A DNA stretch of 64,000 nt, taken from the NCBI RefSeq assembly GCF_006345805.1, contig NC_042997.1, positions 132,432,001 to 132,496,000 on the forward strand, written 5' to 3'. The notes under the pieces were generated by a model. The model ran no database searches. It was given only the letters and a program-made list of their open reading frames with translations, and was not told the origin of the DNA. Positions 54,228 to 64,000 of this stretch are shown one piece after another. A program made the translations under genes and the position numbers. Numbering within the stretch: position 1 is the stretch's first letter; each line of letters begins with the position of its first letter. Origin of the DNA: Octopus sinensis. Taxonomy: Eukaryota.

Positions 54228-54627
54228 GCGCAGGAGTGGCTGTGTGATAAGTAGCTTGTTTACCAACCACATGGTTCTGGGTTCAGTCCCACTGCGTGCC
54301 ATCTTGGGCAAAGTGTCCCCTACTATAGCCTCGGGCCGACCAAAGCCTTGTGAGTGGATTTGGTAGACGGAAACTGAAAGAAGCCCGTCGTATATATGTA
54401 TATATATATATGCGTGTGTGTGTTTGTGTGTCTGTGTTTGTCCCCCTAGCATTGCTTGACAACCGATGCTGGTGTGTTTATGTCCCCGTCACTTAGCGGT
54501 TCGGTAAAAGAGACCGATAGAATAAGTACTGGGCTTACAAAAGAATAAGTCCCGGGGTCGAGTTGCTCGATTAAAGGCGGTTCTCCAGCATGGCCGCAGT
54601 CAAATGACTGAAACAAGTAAAAGAGTA
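54228..54627 (+). mobile_element. SINE family A, full length
   Basis: Family sequence. Confidence 0.9.
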
Positions 54628-55156
54628 AGGTTTGATGGAGTTCTAGAGTTCTAGAATGTCGAACACTGACACTTATGGCTGGCTGGTTGGCTGGTAGTTA
54701 TATTTTTACTACTTAATTTCGTGTTCTTTCGTTTTTCTTTCTTGCTTTAACCATCGCCTGTTAAGTTGGGCAGGTGTTTCTAAGTATAAAATGGCTGGTA
54801 GCTTAAAAGCTTGTTTTTCTAAATTTCGCAATCACCTTGCGTGCATGTCTTCTAGAACTACTGCATCGAAGTGATTTGACCCAACCTTTTTGAATGGAAA
54901 GTAGTTAAATTAAGCATTCCATTCAGATGTGCCCATAGAACGGGCTGGTCGATTCATGGGATCGCTGGTCAAAAAGTTTGTTTTCCAATTCCACAATCGC
55001 ATTAGGTACCTGTCTTCTACCACAGCTTCGACTCGTCGCAAGCCTTGTTACCGAAAACATTTTATACTGAACTTTCCATTCGACTGTATATTTAAATTGT
55101 TCCTGTGATTCACAGGTCTAGTTTTTCCACACGTAACATTGATTATACCTGAATAT

Positions 55157-55510
55157 TCTTTTCTACTCTAGGCACAAGGCCCGAACTTTTGGGGGAGGGG
55201 GCAGTAGATTAGATCTACCTCAGTACGCAACTGGTACTTAATTTATCGAACTCAAAAGGATGAAAGGCAAAGTCGACTTAGGCAGAATTTGAACTCAGAA
55301 CGTATCAGACGAAATACCTATTTCTGTACTACCCACAAGGGGTTACACACAGAGGGGGCAACAAAGACAGACAAACGGATTAAGTCGATTATATCGATCC
55401 CAGTGCGTAACCGGTACTCATTTAATCGACCCCGAAAGGATGAAACGCAAAGTCGACTTAGGCGGGATTTGAACTCAGAACGTGCTAACATTTCTGCCAG
55501 CTCGCCGCCT
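55157..55510 (-). mobile_element. SINE family B dimer
   Basis: Family sequence. Confidence 0.8.
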
Positions 55511-55910
55511 TTATTATACTTGAATATTACGCTAAAACTGGAAGCTGACTGGAAATATCAATCTTATAGATACAGTAAACCTCTGGCCAAACACTTGTCC
55601 GTTCAAATTGAAGAGAAATTTCATTATATTTGTGATATATCTCCACTTTCTGATTTCTGAATAAACATGGCCGAAAGCGAAATTGAAGCTCAGATTACTT
55701 TAGCAATGTCTCAATGTTTAGAGGACATTAGCGATAAGACATATTAAAAACATTTCGAGACGAAATGAGTAGACAAATATACACATACAAAGCAACAAAA
55801 GTTAGTACTTGAAAAATTCTCAGACTGCAATATGGTCTGCAGCAACCAACGATAAAATATTAATGTGTGAAAGTGAATAAGAGCAATGTGGTTAGTATAA
55901 TCGACAACAT

Positions 55911-56338
55911 GCGTAGGAGTGGCTGTGTGGTAAGTAGCTTGTTTACCAACCACATGGCTCCGCGTACAGTCCCACTGCATGGCACCTTGGGCAAGTATCT
56001 TCTACTATAGCGTCGGGTCGACCAAAGCCCTGTGAGTAGATTTAATAGACGGAAACTGAAAGAAGCCCGTCGTATATATATATGTATACACATATGTGTG
56101 TGTGTGTATGTGTGTGTGTATGTTTGTGTGTATATTTGTGTGTCTGTGTTTGTCCCTCCAACATCGCTTGACAACCGATGCTGGTGTGTTTACGTCACCG
56201 TAACTTAGCGGTTCGGGAAAAGAGACCGATAGAATAAGTACTAGGCTTACAAAGAATAAGTCCTGGGGTCGATTTGCTCGACTAAAGTCAGTGCTCCAGC
56301 ATGGCCACAGTCAAATGACTGAAACAAGTAAAAGAGTA
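55911..56338 (+). mobile_element. SINE family A, full length
   Basis: Family sequence. Confidence 0.9.
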
Positions 56339-56981
56339 ACAAATTATTTTTTTCAAAAGTTAACAATCTGTCTAATTATGATATCCAATTCATAAGAAAT
56401 AAAAAAAATTATACTCATTAATTAAACAGCTAGTAGAATATTTACGGCTGTACATACACAAAGAGAAATATTTCATTTCACTATATAGAAGGAGATTTCA
56501 CTAGAGCTTGTATTTATTGAACTGTAAAAGTCCACAAACCCAATCATCTCCCGCCTGTAATTTACTAACCAATACAAAAGGTCGTTAGTGAACGAATTAT
56601 AGAATATTATTAAGCGGTGTAGATCGGGGAGGTAACTGTAAGTGCGACTATTTTCACAGATAGTTTGATGCAGATATTTATTTATGCATAAGCCACGCCG
56701 TATCAGTAAGTACTTATTATCTAGCCGTCAACCTTATATTATTATATGAATAAATTTATGCCTAATAACAATATGTGTTTAACTTTTAATAAGTAGTCTT
56801 TAGCTACCATCATTATCTGCTTGGGAAAGGGAGGTGAGTGAATCCTGATAAATGGTTTGATAATTACAAAATTGGTTGGTTGCATCTTCCACCCCAAATT
56901 ACCAAAAGAAGCCATTGCGAGGGCAAGTTCGCTGTAAGACTTTATCGTAACACATACTGTATTGGTACTGTAGTAATTAGT

Positions 56982-57200
56982 GGAGGTACATGGCCTAGTG
57001 GTTAGAGCAACGGACTCACGGTCGAGGGATCGCGGGTTCGAATCTCAGACCGGGCGATGTGTGCGTTTATGAGCTAAACACCTAAGCTCACCTGCGACGA
57101 ACCGGCGTCCCGTCCAGGGTGGGGACCTATACGCCAAGGGAACCGGGAAACCGGCCCTTATGAGCCTCGCATGGCTCGAGAAGGAACAAACAAACAACAA
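56982..57200 (+). mobile_element. tRNA-derived SINE related to family C, with (CAAA)n tail
   Basis: tggcctagtggttag and ggttcgaatc A/B boxes. Confidence 0.75.
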
Positions 57201-57528
57201 ACTGTAGTAATTGGGAAATATATATTCAACGGATGGGATCTTAAGTATTTTTGGGGAATGCGACCAAATAGGCGATATCTTTACTTTGCATGTATCTTTT
57301 ATCGGTTGTTTCAGTTATTGGACTGCGGCCATACTGGAACATCGCCTTGAAGTGTTTAATCGAACAACTTGACAACAGTACTTATTTTTTAAAGTTTTGT
57401 TCTTATTCCGTTGATCTCTTTGCCGAATCACTATGTCACGGTGGCGTAAACAAACCAACAATTGTTGTTGAGCGGTGGATGGGGAACAAACACAAGCACA
57501 AATACATAATACATACATACATACTAAC

Positions 57529-57587
<59 letters not shown>

Positions 57588-57617
57588 AACATATACATAC
57601 CTAGACACACACACACA

Positions 57618-57677
<60 letters not shown>

Positions 57678-57763
57678 CTGTATACTCATAGACACACACA
57701 TGTATAACATACAGATATACAGATGTATGTATATACATACGTATATATATATATATATATATA

Positions 57764-58166
57764 CATAAGATCAGCAACAATTTCGATTCAAATGAATATG
57801 CTACTTAATTTAGATGCACCAGAATTTTGTATGGTATTACCCATAAAAATTTGTGGGGTTTTTATAATCAAAAATAAGCAACAAGAATGATTCCGGTAAT
57901 TTGGTACAATTGTTTCATACTACTACATTTTATTAAAAGCTGTAAATATTACAGCAGATTTAAGATGCTGTGTACTCTTCAGCCAATTTACATAGGTTTT
58001 CCAATAATATAAAAGCTTTCAAATCAAGTAGTAACATTTTAGGGAAGGTAAATATACCTCAGCATCTTAAATCTGCTGTCATATTTACAGCTTTTAATAA
58101 AATGTTGTAGTATGAAACAATTGTACCAAATTACCGGAATCATTCTTGTTGCTTATTTTTGATTAT
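57764..58166. mobile_element. Family D element with 107-bp inverted repeat
   Basis: 57864-57970 is the near reverse complement of 58060-58166; TA-flanked. Confidence 0.8.
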
Positions 58167-58219
58167 ATATATATACATACATATATATTATATTTATAAA
58201 TATATATTATATATATATA

Positions 58220-58263
<44 letters not shown>

Positions 58264-58278
58264 CATACATTATATATA

Positions 58279-58331
<53 letters not shown>

Positions 58332-58338
58332 CATATAG

Positions 58339-58387
<49 letters not shown>

Positions 58388-58700
58388 GACGGGCTTCCGC
58401 ACAGTTTTCTGTTTGCCAAATTTATTCACAAGGCATTAGTCGATACGGGCTTATAGTAGAAGACACTAGTCCAAGGCGCCTCACAGGAGGATTGAACCCG
58501 AAAATATATGGTTGCAAAACGAGTTTCTCAATCACACAGACATTTCTCTAACATTTCCTATTAAATTATACTGAAAAAAGGAAACATCAGTGTTAATTCC
58601 TTTCGTGAGCAGGCATCCTCAGGAAATTACTGCTATTTACATACTTAGGGTGATGAAATAGCTATAAAGTATTTAATCAATTCCACATTTGCAGTGGCTG

Positions 58701-59012
58701 TGGTTTAAGAACTTTGCTTCCAAACCACATTGTTCTTGGTTCAGCCCCATTGCGTGGCATCTTGGACAAGTATTTTCTAATATAACCTCGGACAGATCAA
58801 AACCTTGTGAATAGATTTAGTGGACGGAACCTGAAAGAAACTTGTTATATATATATATATATATGTTACAGGTTTCTTTCAGGTTCCGTCCATTAAATCT
58901 ATTCACAAGGTTTTGATCTGTCCGAGGTTATATTAGAAAATACTTGTCCAAGATGCCACGCAATGGGGCTGAACCAAGAACAATGTGGTTTGGAAGCAAA
59001 GTTCTTAAACCA
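58701..59012. repeat. Local inverted duplication of a diverged SINE A head around a TA tract
   Basis: 58701-58841 versus 58872-59012, with one mismatch seen. Confidence 0.92.
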
Positions 59013-59044
59013 TATATATATATATATGTATATTCGCCATGATA

Positions 59045-59227
59045 TATCGGTAGCCACTACTCACATTGTTTTCTCTCCTTGTTTCTTTCTGTGTTCCTTT
59101 CAGTGGAAGAGCATAGGCTCGAAACGTTAAAGACTTTTTCAATTCCCGAGCGTTACACTAAGATATCTATTTTTGTTTCCTACACCACCTGTCTTCGTCT
59201 TTTGTTTTTTTCGTGAATTCTTCCCCT
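59045..59227 (+). mobile_element. Short (TA)n-flanked pLTR-like element with degenerate HHR at 59097-59132
   Basis: cttt|cagtgga|a gagc-atag-gctc|gaaa|cg|tt|aaag; homologous to 13893-14085. Confidence 0.6.
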
Positions 59228-62200
59228 AATATATATATATGTGTGTGTGTGTGGGGGGGTTGTGTGTGTATGTGTGTGTGTTTGTGTTTGTCCTCCAGCA
59301 CCACTTGACAACCATTGTTGGTGTGTTAATGTCCTCATAACTTAGCAGTAAAAGAGAACGATAAAATAAATACAAGACTTTAAAAAATATAAGTATTGGC
59401 GTTGATTCATTCGACTGAGAATTCTTCAAGGTGGTGCTGCAGCATGGCCACAGTCTAATGACTGAAGCAAGTGAAAGATGAAAGATAGTAAAGCATAAAG
59501 CTACAGATGACATAAGGTACATGATGGACAAACGAAAAACGATCAGGAAACTAAAATGAGACAAAGAAACTAATTATATTGTCCACATTAAGATGGAACG
59601 TAGTTTCGGCAAAACAGAAAGCGGCTAAACAAATCAATTTATATATTTAAGAATGGGTCTTTATATTACGTCCGTTAAAACATTCTGAAATACTAATTAA
59701 TGTCGACACATGCCTGGTGATAGTGAATATTCATTATGTGAAACTTCGGAAGAGGCATTAGATTCTCTTCTGCTAAATATGCTTTAAGATGTAGTGAATA
59801 AAACAAAATCTAATTACATGAAATAAGTGACATGAAGAAAACATATAGTTTAGCTGTATGATATACAAATATGCGTTTAAGAAAGAGGGAAAAATATAAT
59901 AAACAGCATAACACACTAGACATTATATCCAAACAGAAACTAGTTTATATACTATATTGTAAGAAAAAACAACACAAAAATATCGGAACATGTTCCTACA
60001 AGTATGAAAACACAAAAGCTTGTAAACTTTATGACTGAAAAATTCTTTTAACTTCGCTGGATCTTGGAAATTTATTGATCCATATATCTATCATAACGCA
60101 TAATCGTGTATCCTGTTTCTCTATTTTACTAGCTCCAGCTAGAAGATTATAGCCATACAGAATCATCACCATCAAATATTTAGCAGCAGCTCATGACTAA
60201 GCCCAAGTGCTTTGCCAGGATCAAAATAGATTCTTGTTCTCGTGTAAAGGTCTGAAAATCCACTATAGCAACCCACTTACACTTTGCTAGAAATTGAGTA
60301 ATAAGTACATAAGTACACGGAATGAAACATTGTTTCTCATTCTAATTCCAACGTTTTGCCCTGCATCTGACTCTAGGAATCATCTATCCTATCTTCTAAA
60401 TTGCTGCTCCACTTCCTGAATTAGAAACCATATTTCCCGTACTGCACCCCCCCGCCCAAATCATTAGATGTATATATTTCGAATTCAACATGCTTCTATT
60501 CGAAAGGTACTGCCTTGTTACACGCTGTCACGCTTAGAATTACGTTACGGACATACATGTATGTGTGAGGGCGCACGACCTCGTCATTAGGATCTTGCAT
60601 ATACGATCGTAAGCTCGTAGCTTCAAACACTGGATCGGCGGTACGTTGTGCTCTTGGGCAAAACACTAATTCACTTGGCTCCACTCCGCTCAACCGTTAA
60701 CGAATTCCTGTAATAGCTGGGAAATCAAGCTTGCGACGGACCCAACGTCTTGTTCAGGTAGGGAGTGTTGTGTTAGTCACTTACATGCCTTGGAAAGCCT
60801 AAGAGTTCTAAGGCTCAAGACCGACGTAACACATGCTTGTGAAATGCTCAGTTACCTACACGTGAATTCAAAGAGCAGGTGCCTTCTTTAATTGTTGTAC
60901 TGTCGAACTACAAAGATCCATCATGCGTGAATGGAAGTTATTCGAGACTTCCATCAAATTCCACGTTCTTTAAACTATGATTAGCGGATTTTCTTTATCA
61001 ACATTTGTGTTTATTCTTTTGGCAACGTTGGCCCCTTGCTTTTTGTCCCTGTACATATTTTCTTTTCATTTTTCTTTTTGTTTTCATTGAAATTCTCACT
61101 GACCTTAGCTATGCCTGTGTTTTGTACTCTTAGCATATTTTTTCTCTCCTTATACAAGCGTGGCCTGATGACCAGGATGTTGCATTCATGATCGTAAGAT
61201 CGGGCGGTGCATTCTTAAGAAAAAAAAAACAACAAAAATCATTTCACGCTCCTCAATTTCCCTCGGCTGTAAATGAGTTCCAGCAACGGCTGCAAAATTA
61301 ACCCTGCGCCGGACCGGCTTCCCGTTCTGGAGGGAGGTTTATGGCACGAAAACCGGGTGAGTATCCGGCCTTATCGATCCTAGGGCTCATGACAAACCCC
61401 TGTCCTAATTCCTATGGGGTTGTCAAACTGAGTTAGCTGTGTAGTTGAATTTATAGAAGTACTTGTAACGTAATCAGATTTTGTATTTCTGAGGTTTTAG
61501 TGATTTTCTTCATGCCATTCAATAGATCTACTGTCGGTTTGACCAACGTATACAGGCGAATAAATGCTTTTCTATTTTTGCTTTTGTGTCTGTGTTAATC
61601 ACCTTTGGAATCCGAAGCTCTACAAGGTATCTCCAAGATATCTTCATACAATATGGTCGTTAGCAGATAGAACTACATTAATCCGTGCCTGCAGAAGGAA
61701 AAGAAAAAAAATCTAATCTTCTTTACGTTCTAGTATTTCTTCAAAATTTACTACACACGCAAGAACACAAAATAATTCAAAGGATGGTTGCTGAAAAGAA
61801 TGCTTCTGAAACCGATGAAGAAAATAAAATAAAAAAATATAAATATGTTATTACAAGTGTTCATAGAATCCAGGTACACTATTTATAATAGCAGCTCTAT
61901 TCAAAATGATATCATGCAAATGTAGTTACTATTGCGACGAACGTAAATGCATCTTGTAATATGTTTTGCAAATTCTGTTATCTTCATCCTCATACACAAC
62001 TTCTCTTTACAACTTACATTGATTTAAAACACTGAGTTAGAATCTAAAATGAATTTAAGTGTTTATCGTGATATTAAAAGTGTAGGCTTTCTTGAAGAAT
62101 CTTCGAAAAAGTTATTAAATACACAACCAACATGTATGTCACACTTAAACAGTCAAACCTAAAATTTATTACTTAAAAGTGAAATAGAAACATACGCACA

Positions 62201-62660
62201 CATTCAGTCATAGGCACATACATAACACACATGCACACAGACCCACACTTACCAACACACACATACATAAACACGCACATCATGGTTGTAGGTTCTATAT
62301 ATAGTTGCCTGGATAAAATTTGTTGATCAAAATTGACACGGAAAATACCCGAGATGTGGTGATGTTCCTGGAGAACACATGGTCAAAAATATTTCAGCTT
62401 TTATTTTATATCTAGTTTAACAATTGGCCCATGCGTCCTCTATATTTTGGATGGCAGGATGCGATTAGAGCAAAGTTAGCTGTTATTTTAGGCATGGCAA
62501 GAAAGAAAAGTATAGGAAAGCCTGCTAGTAGTTGTCTTGGTGTTTATATATATATATATATAATATAAAACTACTCTTTCTAGCAAGTCAGATGTCCTGT
62601 TATGGTAATCACTTATGTGTTTAAATGTACACTGTATATATATATATATATAATATATAT

Positions 62661-62697
<37 letters not shown>

Positions 62698-64000
62698 AAT
62701 ATATATACATATATATAAATATATGTATATATATATTTAAAATGTATATGTATATATATTCATGCATAAGTACACATGCATGCATGCATACATGTACACA
62801 CATGAACATACGTATATACATGTATGTACATACACATATATCCGCACATATATATATATTCATACATATATAAGAGTGATATTGTGTGTGTGTGTGTGAA
62901 TATGTAAGTGTGTATGCATGTGTGCGTGTGAACTTATCTCACCGCGTTCAAATCTATTCACATTCATTTTTACTTCTTTTCGAAGCCGGAGATTATTTTC
63001 TTGTACATCGATAAAATGTTCGCATCTTAATCGAATCTAGATATTATGCTTTGAAAACGTGAGTAAAATTTTCTGATAATGCATTTCGGTAGATGCAATT
63101 TTATATGTTCTGTTAAATTTACTTTTCCAAACTGAATTGAATAATTTTTTTTTAATAGAGACCTAAAAAGTAAGTCTTAAGCATTTCGTTCTGAATTGAA
63201 TCCATACACCCATATATGCTTCCATGCAAATATATGGATATCCGTCAGTTTTGATGGTGAATATTTCCAAATATTCAGTAAACGGAAGGATCTATCCATT
63301 GAGTGATTATTCTAAGGATACGAGTACGTCATCTTCCTCAGGATGAATCGATGTGGAATGGTGTTTGACAAAGATTAGCCTATTGAAAATTTTCCAGCGT
63401 TTACCACTTCACCTCGTCATGGCTTAACAGCCCTCACCGTTTGTTTTTACTGTTTTGTTCTTACTGTCCTGTTCTTGTTACACTTTAATCCTCCGCAAAA
63501 AATCCCAAATTTTATTTAATTTGCTTTGCGGGAAGGAATGCTTTAACGAAGTTTTAATGTCTTGTCTCCACCTTCGAAACGCGGAGTAGATAAAACACAG
63601 AACAACTGATGAAGGGAATGTTCTGTATGTTTCCTGTCTCGTTTCCGTTTTCTATATTTGTGTTTTTATGTTCTCGTCTCTCATTTTGTTCACGTTTTTT
63701 TTGACGTCCTGTACCCATATATAACGGAGGCGTAAATGAGGGTAACGGCATCAAACTTCATTCTTCACCAAATGCCACATATTAGAGGAGGCTCTCAATA
63801 ATAACAGTGTAGCAAAACGGTGGTGCCCCAGCATGGCCGCAGCTTTGAGCTGAAACTGATAAAAGACATATGTATGTATAGCGGCTGCTCTAACTGGAAT
63901 TTTGGTGAATTACCTATTGGAGCACTCAGAACGAATACAAGAAGAATCTTGTCCAAGGTGCCACGCAGTGGAACTGAACCCTGAACTACGTGGTTGGGAA

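Noticed and set aside
56982-57055. tRNA-like sequence (also near 10420, 42715 and 48820)
   Set aside because: Continues into a SINE body with no proper acceptor stem; SINE head rather than a tRNA gene

Overview
Repeat-rich, AT-rich eukaryotic DNA, very probably octopus, inferred from its tRNA-derived SINE families and dense (TA)n/(CA)n/(TACA)n microsatellites. No host protein-coding gene is identifiable, and almost all listed ORFs are microsatellite or SINE read-through. Recognisable elements are three SINE families, a Neptune-type Penelope-like retroelement (PLE) forming a 1.2-kb inverted duplication, a nearly intact DD37D (maT) Tc1/mariner, two degenerate mariners, a piggyBac interrupted by a solo LTR, Helitron pieces, R4/Dong-like LINE remnants, several MITEs and a 100-N gap. 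The most notable signal is a set of short (TA)n-embedded elements, often with inverted partial self-copies, carrying at least 8 minimal type I hammerhead-ribozyme (HHR) folds. These fall into about 5 sequence families, have palindromic mini-stem III, and show recurrent non-canonical cores: UUGAAAA (U3-A8 swap), CCGANGA (U4C) and CUGURGA. All folds were made by eye and no activity is demonstrated.
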